Shown: positions 34,723 to 46,197, numbered from the stretch's first letter. The stretch: DNA of 64,000 nucleotides from Schmidtea polychroa (GCA_044892525.1 CM097885.1:35404001-35468000), one strand, 5' to 3'. Notes: generated by a model not told the origin, from the letters alone. Numbers and translations: made by a program.

Positions 34723-35443
34723 AGTAGAGTAGATGGATTGGGCACCGCTGGAACGCCCCCCCCCCGTGTATAATATTGATAATAGTAATATTTCTATTTA
34801 TCTTGCACTAAGCTTCAAAATAAGTTATCGATCGATGAAATAAAATGATGGGAACGATACCTTTTGGGCAAACGAAAACCAGGTCACCGCTGGACCACTA
34901 ATAATATTTTGAATAATAATAATAATTTCACTATGAAAAGATGGTTGTCATCAATTGTTAATAACTATACCAATAATAATGATGATGATAATATTTATAT
35001 ATCAGTAGATAGATCTTGCACTGGGCTTTATAATGAGCTATCGAACGATGAAATAAAGTGATGGGAACGATAACTTTTGGGCAAACGAAAACCAGGACTC
35101 CGCTGGACCACTAATAATATTTTGAATAATAATAATAAAATAATAATATTTTTTAAAAATAATATGACCTTGATGAGTCATCACGATGAGTCATATGACC
35201 TTGGGATTGACCTTGGATGAGTCGCGCGACCTTGAAATGACCTCGAAATGGCCTTGATGAGTCATGGTCTTTGTTTTAATGACCTTGATGAGTCATATGT
35301 CTTTGTTTAAAATTTGACCTTGAAAAAAAATGTACTTTTAGACTTAGAAATTTTTAAAAAAATTTTCCGGCCGGGGGGGGAGGGGGGGTATATGTGGTCC
35401 AGCGGAGTCCTGGTCTAGCGGTTCCCCATCCATCTACTCTACT
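34723..35443. mobile_element. Mini Maverick-like terminal cassette (~720 bp) at the turn-around point of element A
   Basis: Ends AGTAGAGTAGATGGAT / ATCCATCTACTCTACT; right end GGTATATGTGGTCCAGCGGAGTCCTGGTCTAGCGG closely matches the element-A terminus; internal ~125-bp direct repeat (~34801 and ~35014) resembles element-B subterminal DNA. Confidence 0.75.
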
Positions 35444-35564
35444 GTTTTTACTCTTTTTTTGTCGCTTTTAACAGGTCCAATCTGGATTTAAGTGTAACAA
35501 TGTATAAGCAGAATTTAACTTTCTTCAAAATGGCGCAATTACAATTTCAGTTTATTTCTTTGTC

Positions 35565-36110
35565 TGTAATGCACACATGCTTTTTCAATAAATTTGTATT
35601 TTTTCGCGCGGTTAACGTTATTTTCTTGGATTTTTATTCATATAATATATAGATAAAATTTAATTTTCTATAAAATAGCTTGATTAAAATTTATGTATCT
35701 TGTTTTGTGTGTAATGCACAAATGTTTTTACAATAAATTTGTAATTTTCATACAGTTAACGTTATTTTCTTAGATTTTTATTCATATAATATATAGATGA
35801 AATTTAATTTTCTATAAAATAGCTTGATTAAAATTTATGTATCTTGTTTTGTGTGTAATACACACATGATTTTACAATAAATTTGTATTTTTCATACATT
35901 AAACGTAATTTTCATAGGATTTTATTCATATAACATATAGATAAAATTTAATTTTCTATAAAATAGCTTGATTAAAAATTATGTCTCGTATGTTGTGTGT
36001 AATACACACATGTTTTTACGATAAATTTGTATTTTTCATACAGTTAACGTAATTTTCTTAGGATTTTATTCGTATAATATAAAGATAAAATTTAATTTTC
36101 TATAAAATGG
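35565..36110. repeat. Tandem repeat, ~4 copies of ~146 bp
   Basis: Unit TGTAATGCACACATG...CAATAAATTTGTATTTTT...GATAAAATTTAATTTTCTATAAAATAGCTTGATTAAAA recurs at ~35565, 35710, 35855, 36000. Confidence 0.9.
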
Positions 36111-36676
36111 ATTGATCTAGAGTTAAATTTTGTATTATTTTATTACTTTGTTGCAATATGTTTATTATTTTAGTTACAATTTGATAAATATTTTACAACT
36201 TTGTTGAAATTTTCTGAAATATGTTACTACTTTGTTGTAATATTTTCTAATCTTGTTATAATTTGCTTAAATATTTTACAACTGTTGAAAATTTATCTGA
36301 AATATGTTATTACTTTGTTACAATTTTATGAAAAACGTTATTACTGTTTTGCAATTTGATGAAAAATGATATTACTTTGTGGGTTCATCACATTATTTTT
36401 ATTAAATTATTATGAAAATGTTAAATAAGTCAACTTTAGCGTCAAAATGTGTTTTAAAATATATTGAAGTTTTAAAATACTGCAACGTAATGCATTTATT
36501 TTTCCTACCCTTCCTTGATTTTGATTGGTCAGAATATATTTATTTTTCCTACCCCTTCCTTGATTTTGATTGGACCGTAAAATATTCATTTTCATTATAA
36601 GCAGTTACAATTTTCAAAATCGTCACAATTATTTTTAAATTTTACAAATTTTCGTCTAAAAAATTTTCGATTAAAA

Positions 36677-37171
36677 ATGGACGGTGAATTAGATAATATT
36701 TTACGCGCCATGTTGGCAGGAGAAAACGGTAAATTATTTTATTTTTATTATTATTATTATTTATTATTTTAGAGAATTTATGGTATGAAGTCACCGAGGC
36801 CGACAACTATAATCAAGATCAGCCAATTATTATTAGTGACGATGAAGAAGATCTTTTATTAAGTAAATTTATTTTTAAAATTTAATTGAAAATAAAATTA
36901 TTTAGTTGCTCAGCCTATTAATGACGGTGAAAATGTTATTGAAGACAATACCCGAGATATTATCATGGAATCAACGGGTAAATTTATTTTATTTAATTAA
37001 TGAATTACAAAAACTTTAGGTGATGATACCTCGAATGTTGAATATGCCCCAAATATTATTAATGTTTCTGGTGAATATGCCCTCACGTCTATTGAGGAGG
37101 AAATTAATCATGCCTCCGTTTCTTATGGGGATGAATCTGAGGATGATTCCGATATAGAATCAAAATGTTAG
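36677..37171 (+). CDS. Spliced acidic orphan protein (~121 aa) inside element A
   Basis: Exons 36677-36728, 36773-36862, 36906-36977, 37020-37171; three phase-1 GTAAAT...TTTAG introns of 42-44 nt; MDGELDNILRAMLAGENENLWYEVTEADNY...SYGDESEDDSDIESKC; two ATTGG (CCAAT) repeats upstream at ~36500-36575. Confidence 0.7.
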
Positions 37172-37740
37172 TTATATTTTATTATTATTTTTTTAAATTA
37201 ATTTAAAATTGTGTTTGATAATTAATTTGTTTAATAACCACATATAAATTATGAAAATGTTGAAAATTATGAAAAATATGAAAATGTTTCTGAAAATAAT
37301 TATGACAAATATGAATATGTTCCTGAAAATGATGTTGAAATTAATAAGTTGTTATGAAAATAATTATTGAATAGAAATAATACTTTGAAAATATTAATTG
37401 TCAAACATAGTTTGCATTGAGCACGCAACTACTCTCTTTTATAATAATATTTAAAAATAATAATAATAATAATAATAACAATGATAATAATATTTATGAT
37501 ATCTCCCATATTTTATACCTCTGATAATAAAAATATTACAATAAATTATATATGTATTCCGATTATTATTCCGTTTTATAATTATTATGCGATAAAAACT
37601 GCTTAAGAATTGTTAATAAAGACATTAAATATAAATGCAATTAACTATTAATTTTTAAATCTATTAATATATTTGATATATATTTATAATTTATCAGGTA
37701 AATTATACCCACGCTACTGCATGTCATCAAATGATCATAC

Positions 37741-39045
37741 GATTACCAGTCACTTAATCCCCAGTCACTTAATCCCCGTCACTTAATCCCCGTCCATTAA
37801 TCCCCGAGTCACTTAATCCCCGAGTCACTTAATCCCCGACACTTAATCCCAAAAATGCCATTTTAAGTTTAAAATTATGAAAGAATTTAATTCAAACAAT
37901 TATTTTTATAATTATTTAGTAATTGTTTTATATGAACACGGCAATCATATCAAATTCAAAAAGCTAATAATTCACTATTCATGTATTCATTTTAAGTGTG
38001 AAAATCAATATGACAGGTAAGCTAATGATCGGAGGTACAATAGACGATACATTGACTCATAGCGCTGTACAATGTTGTAAATTCTCCTAGATAATTCAGC
38101 GTACTTCCTCCTTGGACGTTGCTCTGTGCCGGCGCATGACTGAAGAACCGATGCCTTGTGTAGCTGACAATCCTTACGTAGACCATCGAGGAATGTCCAC
38201 ATTGTTGGATGATGACACGAGAAGAGAGACTGTAGGGCGTGATGCCAACCCTCCACAGCATTGTTTGTTCGTGCAACACCGCCGATGACATCCAGGTATT
38301 TATTCCAAGTTTCTGGAGGAAATAACGCTGAAGCATAGTTATCTCCTCTACCGCGCAGTCTGCGACCACGTACATACGTTTGCTCGAAGTATGCTAGCAG
38401 TTCTGGCATGCGATCATGCTGCGGCATTGACTCTGCAAGCAATTCAAAAGAATCAACAATGTCTTCTTCACGAACATAGGCCAATGCTGGGAGGCATCTG
38501 ACCATTCCACGTAACTCGTCGTTTTCGTCATAATCACTTCTCATACCCAATTCGGCGACTTTGCGTAATACCGCTTGACTTAAGTGAAAATAACATCCCG
38601 TTACTCTACATGACGGAAAATTCTCTTGAAAAGCGGTCATTGCAGCTTTCTCAAAGACCGGACACTTTAGCGATTGATGCTTGGTACATCTCCAATTCAT
38701 GTTTCCGTTTAGCGCCTTCTTCTTGAGCCAGAATTCATATCCCTCATGAACTAGCATAGATCTTCCTTTACTACTTATTATGAACTCTAGATGCATTTTT
38801 CTAACGGTAATAATATTTCAAAATAATATTTTCAATAATATTTCAATAACGGTAATAATATTACAAAAATATTCGTACTAACTGAAATTGACAGCACTAC
38901 ATTACACAATGCTTTATAAAGGAATTTATAAAGGGGATTAAGTGACTCGGGGATTAAGTGACTCGGGGATTAAGTGACTCGGGGATTAATTGACGGGGAT
39001 TAATTGACGGGGATTAAGTGACTGGGGATTAAGTGACCTGTCACC
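37741..39045 (-). mobile_element. MULE/Mutator element, internally deleted, in the right arm of element A only
   Basis: 8-bp TSD GATCATAC (37733-37740 / 39046-39053), single copy at the empty site in the left arm (~33900); termini built of tandem GTCACTTAATCCCC units in inverted orientation. Confidence 0.93.
38005..38796 (-). CDS. FLYWCH-MULE transposase derivative with in-frame internal deletion (263 aa)
   Basis: FLYWCH-like KGRSMLVHEGYEF...WRCTK...CP fused directly to FEKAA...GCYFHLSQA...RTNNAVEGWH. Confidence 0.85.
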   Translation of the reverse strand: MHLEFIISSKGRSMLVHEGYEFWLKKKALNGNMNWRCTKHQSLKCPVFEKAAMTAFQENFPSCRVTGCYFHLSQAVLRKVAELGMRSDYDENDELRGMVRCLPALAYVREEDIVDSFELLAESMPQHDRMPELLAYFEQTYVRGRRLRGRGDNYASALFPPETWNKYLDVIGGVARTNNAVEGWHHALQSLFSCHHPTMWTFLDGLRKDCQLHKASVLQSCAGTEQRPRRKYAELSRRIYNIVQRYESMYRLLYLRSLAYLSY

Positions 39046-39072
39046 GATCATACAAATATATGCCATAAAAAT

Positions 39073-39588
39073 ATGAAAAAATACTACGGTCATAGATTCT
39101 ATGGCATCAACTACTTTATATGTCTAATATGCGAGACTTCCCAACGCATTAAATATATAGAGTTTTATAATATTCACAAATCGCATTTAAATCGGTTCTC
39201 TTTAAATAAAAAGAAATTGTTTATTAAAATACAACAATCAACACATAATACTACAAAACACTTAAATACAAAACCTATAAATTATAATACAAAACATGTA
39301 AATAATAATGTAAATAATACTAATCTAAATACTAAAATAAATAATATTCTAAATAATAAACAGCCTGCTGTTAGTTTTTGGTCTGGTGTTCCCTCTAAAA
39401 TTACTAAAATAGATCAAATAAGTGATTTAAATAATATTCAAATAGGTGGTTCAGTAAATAATAAGAGTTCGATCGATATTGACGATGAACCTGAAATTGA
39501 GATAGATTTTAAGGGGCGAGAAAAAATTTACGCTTTAATATGGAAAAGGATAACTTGGTGCAAATTTCCCTTACAAATAAAATTATAA
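39073..39588 (+). CDS. Right-arm copy of the ORF upstream of polB, 5' end interrupted by the MULE
   Basis: Identical translation to the C-terminal 171 aa of 33364-33966. Confidence 0.5.
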   Translation: MKKYYGHRFYGINYFICLICETSQRIKYIEFYNIHKSHLNRFSLNKKKLFIKIQQSTHNTTKHLNTKPINYNTKHVNNNVNNTNLNTKINNILNNKQPAVSFWSGVPSKITKIDQISDLNNIQIGGSVNNKSSIDIDDEPEIEIDFKGREKIYALIWKRITWCKFPLQIKL

Positions 39589-42482
39589 ATAAATTAATTG
39601 CCGAAATCAAAGGTATGGGCACAGTTAAAATACAATTCACCGTTTTAATCCAATTCGAAAAAGATGGGGAAATTAGAGATAATTTTTTCTCTAATAGCGC
39701 AGAAGTTTTTTCAGAAAATTTTTTGATAAATGGAATCACCAGATTAAATAATAAAATTGAAAAGTTCACATATTTGGGAAGCGGATGGCGGGTGGTTAAA
39801 ATCAAAGAAATAGATTTTATATTAACTAAAAATACACATATGAATAGGCTAGCTGGACATAGTTATATCCCCACCCCATCAGCTTTAAATTCTAAAAAAG
39901 CAATAGTAAACGTCAAAAACACCGACGATATGTGCTTTATCTATAGTATTTTAGCACTGTTAAAACGCAATGTAGTACATATAAATAGAAATCGTGTTAG
40001 TTCCTATGAAAATTATCTTGACGAGTTAAATTTTGACCCCATAGATGATTGCCCCATGAAATTATGTGATATCCCCAAATTTGAAAGGAAAAACAAGGAT
40101 TTAAATTTATCAATAAATGTTTTAATTTATAAAAAGACCCCAGGTAAGCCTTATGAAAATGTAATTGACGATAATTATATTCCACGTCATCCTCATTTAG
40201 ATATTATTCACCGATCTAAAGTTATAGGTGGTGAACCCATATACTTACTTTTATTGGAAGACGGTGATAATTTCCATTATACCGCAGTTTTTAACTTACA
40301 AAAATTAATGAACTCACATCCCAGTAGCTCCTGCAACCTTTGGATTAGAGTGAACTGGTGTCCCCATTGTCTCAATGGTTTTAGACATAAAAATGCATTT
40401 GATATTCATGTCGCCTTATGCATAAAAAACCAGATAGGAACAACTCTATACACCCTACCTAAAGATAAAAATTTAATTTTTCAAAATTATGCGAAGACAA
40501 TCACCCCGCCATTCGTGATATATGCCGATTTTGAGGCAATTTTACCCGAGGATATAATACACCATCAAAAGCACTTGCCAATAACAGCAGGCATGTTATT
40601 AATTAATAATTATAATAACACAAAATTTTATTATGAGTTTGTTGGTGATGATTGTGTGTTGTCTTTCTTGCGTAAGGTGGAGGAAATTGCTGTCACAATT
40701 GTCCTGCCATATTACGAAATTAATGGGAAAAAGCCCATGCAAACTTTGTCTTTCGTTCAACAGCGGGCATATAAAGATTCCAGAACCTGTTATCTGTGTA
40801 AAAAATTCATTAGAGATAGAGTTAGGGACCATTGCCACTTCTCAGGCAAGTATCTTGGTGCTGCTTGTAGGAAATGTAATGTTTCTCGGCGAATTCAGAG
40901 ACAGTTACCGGTTGTGTTCCATAATTTTAGGGGGTATGATCTCCATCATATTTTGAAGTATGGCTTGAATAATTTTCCTTCTTGGGAGTTAAATATTATT
41001 CCGACCACTACCGAGAAATTCATCTCTCTCATCGCGTACATTAACAAATTGCCTGTTCGTTTTATTGACAGCATGCAGTTTGTTAATTCATCTTTAGCAA
41101 AAGCGGTTAAGACTCTTTCCGATCTGCCTTTAACTTCTTCTGTTTTTGATGGCGCAATTGTTCGAGCCAAAGGTATCTTTCCTTATGACTTCGCTACATC
41201 TCTTGAGGTTCTGGAATCAACTCTTGAACTACCTCCGATCTGGGATTCTGTGTCTAATGATGAGTATGCATTAGCCCAAGTTATTTGGACTCAGCAAAAT
41301 TGCAATAACATGTTAGATTACATGTTGACTTACCTTAAATTAGATGTATTTCTATTTGCAGACTATTTTCAACAATTCCGTGCAAAGGCCATTGCTTACA
41401 ATGGTCTTGAACCTCTAAATTTCTATGGTATTCCCGGTATGTCATGGGCTTCAGCGCTTATCACATTAACGGAACCTATTGAACTTTTGCAGGACATGGA
41501 AATGTTTAATTTCTATGAAGGAGGGATACGGGGTGGGTTAACATTTGTTAACAAACATTATGTTGCTAGTTCTGAAGACACTGAACTCTTGTACATAGAT
41601 ATTAATAACTTGTATGGTTGGGCCTTAAGCCAAAATCTGCCTTATGCTGACTTTGTATGGGTGTATGATGATCTTGATTCTGTCTTGAATGAATGTATGA
41701 ATGCTGATATTGATAACCTTCCATATGGGTATACTATGGAAGTTGATATCGAAATTCCGGAATGCTTGCATGACTTCCTTAACGACTTTCCTATTGCTGC
41801 AGAAAAGATGTGTCCACCAAATTCTAAAGTTGAGAAGCTGATGCTCACGCATTGGCCAAAGAAGAACCATGTTCTTCATTGGAGACTTCTCAAGTTGTAT
41901 ATAGAATTGGGGGCTATTATTAAAAATGTACATAGAGCTATTAAATTTTCGCATGCACCCATTTTTAAATCATACATAGATAAAAACACTAATTTGAGAG
42001 CAAATTCTACATGTGAATTATATAGGGATCTATACAAATTATTTAATAATAGTTTGTATGGTAAATCGGTGGAGAATCTAAAAAAGCGGATGAATTTGAG
42101 GCTATGCAATTCAGCTGAAAAGATGATTGTATATGCTTCAAAGCCAACTTTCAGAAAATCTATCAAAATTGCTGATGATCTGATTGTGGCTCATCTGAAT
42201 AAGGACTCTATATGTTTAGACAGGCCTAGCTATATTGGTCAAACAGTGTTAGATTTGTCTAAACTAAGAATGTATCAACTACAATATGTGGAATTGGCCA
42301 AGTACAGGTCTGAATTTAATTGTGATATAAATATCGTTGCCGGTGACACTGACTCCTTTTTCTTAGAGATAAAGCACTGTAAGCTTGACACTCTTTTGCC
42401 GGCAATGATAAGAGACAGCCTTCTAGACACGTCAAATTATTTACACATCACATTATTTAGGAGTCGATGTTCCAGATGTTGA
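39540..42482 (+). CDS. polB: Protein-primed DNA polymerase B, 980 aa, C-terminally truncated; right-arm copy
   Basis: Same motifs as left copy; two amino-acid differences seen (PVHF/PVRF, FLLAD/FLFAD). Confidence 0.92.
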   Translation: MEKDNLVQISLTNKIINKLIAEIKGMGTVKIQFTVLIQFEKDGEIRDNFFSNSAEVFSENFLINGITRLNNKIEKFTYLGSGWRVVKIKEIDFILTKNTHMNRLAGHSYIPTPSALNSKKAIVNVKNTDDMCFIYSILALLKRNVVHINRNRVSSYENYLDELNFDPIDDCPMKLCDIPKFERKNKDLNLSINVLIYKKTPGKPYENVIDDNYIPRHPHLDIIHRSKVIGGEPIYLLLLEDGDNFHYTAVFNLQKLMNSHPSSSCNLWIRVNWCPHCLNGFRHKNAFDIHVALCIKNQIGTTLYTLPKDKNLIFQNYAKTITPPFVIYADFEAILPEDIIHHQKHLPITAGMLLINNYNNTKFYYEFVGDDCVLSFLRKVEEIAVTIVLPYYEINGKKPMQTLSFVQQRAYKDSRTCYLCKKFIRDRVRDHCHFSGKYLGAACRKCNVSRRIQRQLPVVFHNFRGYDLHHILKYGLNNFPSWELNIIPTTTEKFISLIAYINKLPVRFIDSMQFVNSSLAKAVKTLSDLPLTSSVFDGAIVRAKGIFPYDFATSLEVLESTLELPPIWDSVSNDEYALAQVIWTQQNCNNMLDYMLTYLKLDVFLFADYFQQFRAKAIAYNGLEPLNFYGIPGMSWASALITLTEPIELLQDMEMFNFYEGGIRGGLTFVNKHYVASSEDTELLYIDINNLYGWALSQNLPYADFVWVYDDLDSVLNECMNADIDNLPYGYTMEVDIEIPECLHDFLNDFPIAAEKMCPPNSKVEKLMLTHWPKKNHVLHWRLLKLYIELGAIIKNVHRAIKFSHAPIFKSYIDKNTNLRANSTCELYRDLYKLFNNSLYGKSVENLKKRMNLRLCNSAEKMIVYASKPTFRKSIKIADDLIVAHLNKDSICLDRPSYIGQTVLDLSKLRMYQLQYVELAKYRSEFNCDINIVAGDTDSFFLEIKHCKLDTLLPAMIRDSLLDTSNYLHITLFRSRCSRC

Positions 42483-42698
42483 TCAAGTAATTTCATAAAT
42501 TCGTCCACTTTTTAGCGGAATGAGTCCAGATTTCAATGATGATGACAATGAAGCCAATGATGCCAATGATATTGATATAGATGACGTATTGTTATCGAAT
42601 TGATCTGTGATTCAATATATCTTTTAATGTCTTAATTTATTATGAAAACTAATAATAATTTTGTAAATCTTAATAATAATAATAATAATAATAATGAA

Positions 42699-42786
<88 letters not shown>

Positions 42787-42819
42787 TTAATAAAATAATA
42801 ATAATAATAAAAATAATAA

Positions 42820-42860
<41 letters not shown>

Positions 42861-42897
42861 TCTTTAGAAATAATAATGTTAATAATAAGATATATGG

Positions 42898-42930
<33 letters not shown>

Positions 42931-43029
42931 TAATAAAAATAAAAATATAAATAAATAATAAAAATAAAAATATAAATAAATAATAAATAAAAAAAAAATT
43001 AAAATATTAGAAAAAAAAAATAAAAAAAA

Positions 43030-43060
<31 letters not shown>

Positions 43061-43393
43061 TAATAAAAATACAATGTTGATTTGTTTAATAATACCCTTG
43101 CGACATGTTGAATGTGACCAGTACCCTTGTGAGCATTACCCATAGGGGGACAGAATATCTTGTCGGATAAATTCAGACTATATATATATAATAATCCCTG
43201 TGTTTCAAAGACCTTTATTTTCAAATAATAATATCTCTTGTCAGGAACTCTCGAATTTCAAATTTAAAAAAAAAATGAACTTTACATTAAAAATTTGACC
43301 TTGAATAGAATTTTAAAAATTTCCCCTAGGTGGGGGGGTGGGGGGTATGTGATCCAGCGGAGTCCTGATCTAGCGGTGCCCTATCTATCTACT

Positions 43394-45028
43394 AATAACA
43401 ATTCAACCAATATGTCAACACTTTTTACTGAATTTTTAAAAGTAGAAGACAAAGACCATACACGATAAATCAACCCCTTCACCATATTTCTTTTATACTT
43501 GAATTCACAAAAACTTTCGAAAGAAGTATAGAGACCAGTATCAGTTGGTTTTCTATAAATCTCTGTCTCATAGTGTTTCTCTTTGCGTTGTATTAACAGA
43601 TCCAAGAAAGCAAGCGATGATTTTTTCTCCGTTTCACATGTGAATACAAAGTTTTTATGTAGACTATTCATATAATGCAAAAACGGGTCAACATGCCTCT
43701 GATTTTCAAATATAAGAAAAATATCATCCACATACCGTTTATAAACAGTGGGTTTCATACCTTGGAAAGATGCAATTTTCTTTTCTAACCTTGTTAAAAA
43801 AATTGAAGCCATCGTTGGTGCTAAAAGAGAACCGATAGCAACTCCATCTATCTGTTGATACCATTCATTATTGAAAAGAAAATTGATTTTTAAAGTTGCA
43901 AATACAAGAAATTCACGAAATGCTGTTCTATCCAAAATATGATGTTCAGAAATATTTTCATTCCTGAACAAGCAACATAATTCAATTGTTTCAACCAATG
44001 GTACATTAGTAAACAGACTACAAACATCCAAACTTTGTCTATCATATTGTGCAATGCAGGAAACAAATTCAAAACTATCTTTACATTCAAATTCTGATCG
44101 TATTAATGGTTTCAATAATCCATCCAAAAATTGGCTATTTTTTACTGGGCAGTGCCAATCATGGATCAAACAGGTCTCATAGGCACGCCATCTTTATTGA
44201 TTTTTGGAAGCCCATACATTTTTGCTGGTTGTGATCCCATTGGGCGAATAGATTTAAACAACTCTTCATCAATTTGCTTATTTTTAATTAATTTATTCAG
44301 TATTTCTTTCAACAAATTCTCATCCTTAAGAGGAGGCTGCATTCCATTTTTTCGAGAAATCTCTATTTTCACAAACTGGGGAGCGTTCAAAACATCATTA
44401 AGCTTATTTACATATACATCGTGGTCGAGAATTACCAATCCATTTCCTTTGTCAAACTTGCTTATATTGATGTCTTTTTTTAGCTAAATTTTTTAATACA
44501 CTAAAATCTTTAATATTCTGCTTTTTATTTTTATCAATATACTCCATCGTACTCGAACTCAACACACTCTTCACATAATTAGTATTAATATCCTTCATCG
44601 ATCTAAGTATATGAAAGTATAAACTTTCAATCTTCGCACATAATTTTGTTTCATCAATTCTTTTCTTAATGGCATGATTGGGACCAAATTTCAAAATACG
44701 CTCCGCCTCTTCAAACAACTTTACTCATGTTTATTAATGTATTCTCTACACTAAATTTAGAGATCCCAAATAATTTTTTCAAATTTTTTAATTTATTGAT
44801 ATGAGCATTCTCTTTTGATTTTAACTGAGAAATTGAATTTTTAATACACCATTCAACACATACCTGCAAACGAAACTCATTTGTTATTTGATTCAAAGTA
44901 AATCCAATATTTATTAGTTTTTTATCCAAGGATGTTCTCCTTATCTTCTCTGATTCCAACATTCTTCTTAACGTTCTTTTATGTATTATTTGCACATCTT
45001 TACTTGAAAGACAATCACTAAGTTTCAT
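43394..45028 (-). mobile_element. Penelope-like retroelement, 5' part (N-terminal region and RT), frameshifted
   Basis: LKFGPNH, MYGLPKINKDGVPMRPV, SLDVCSLFTNVP, QIDGVAIGSLLAP, KRYVDDIF, LAFLDLLI, YRKPTDTGLY. Confidence 0.9.
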
Positions 45029-45724
45029 TTTAAAAATGAACTTGTCTAGAAGAAAAGATGATTCCTTCGTTCATTTTTAAGTGATAAAAGTGATAATAAA
45101 AATTGATAATAATAACAGTTAAATATAATTGGCATCGATATTAGGGAAAGACTTTATTGATTAAGAAAAATGATATGTCACCAAGAAGTCTGAAAATTAT
45201 CAAGCACATTCTGTTTAGGTAATTTATTCAGCTTAAGTAATTTAATTTGCATAAAGTAGTAGTAGGATGTGAGCTCCACAGACCACATATACCCCCCCTC
45301 CCCCCCGGAAAAAAAATTTTTTAATTTAATTTTTTGTTTTAATTAATTGGTCCAGAGGGCTCACACTTTTTTTCATCCCAAAAATTAATGTTCCAGCCAA
45401 TAGATTTTATTGGACGATACCTCATCTTAAAACCCTTTGCAAGACCTTTAAGATGTGCTATAGGTATCTTTAATAGTTTTAATGTTATTAACATTTAATG
45501 ACCACCATCTTTTCAAAGTTAAATTATTATTATTTTCCAAAATATTATTAAGTGATCCAGCGGGCTCCTACTTTTTTTCATCCCAAAAATTAACGTTCCC
45601 ATTATCCGAATTTATTGGACGATACCTCATCTTAAAGCTCAGTCCAAGACCTTTCGAATGAGCTATAGAAGGTATCATCATCATTAATATTAATAAAGAG
45701 AATGACTCACCCAATGACTCACCC

Positions 45725-46197
45725 AACGATGCCTCTTATTTTTAGAATGATTACGTCATATTTTTAGAATGATTACGTCATAATTTTAGAACGATGCCTA
45801 ATATTTTTAGAATGGTGCCTCTTATTTTTAGAATGATTACGTCATATTTTTAGAACGATTCCTAATATTTTTAGAACGATGTCTAATATTTTTAGAACGA
45901 TGCCTAATATTTTTAGAATGATGCCTAATATTTTTAGAATGGTGCCTCTTATTTTTAGAATGATTACGTCATATTTTTAGAATGGTGCCTAATATTTTTA
46001 GAATGGTGCCTCTTATTTTTAGAATGATTACGTCATATTTTTAGAACGATTCCTAATATTTTTAGAACGATGTCTAATATTTTTAGAATGATGCCTAATA
46101 TTTTTAGAATGGTTACGTCATAATTTTAGAACGATGCCTAATATTTTTAGAATGATTACGTCATATTTTTAGAACGATGCCTCTTATTTTTAGAACA
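45725..46197. repeat. 21-22 bp minisatellite with TTACGTCA motifs
   Basis: Units TTTTTAGAATGATTACGTCATA / TTTTTAGAACGATGCCTAATA / TTTTTAGAATGGTGCCTCTTA; ~20 units here, ~5 in the mirror arm (55990-56100). Confidence 0.9.

Noticed and set aside
39500..39545. Programmed -1 frameshift into polB
   Set aside because: No canonical X XXY YYZ heptamer in the correct frame; a mutational frameshift is simpler
45725..46197. CRISPR-like array
   Set aside because: Contiguous tandem units without unique spacers; eukaryotic context; no cas genes
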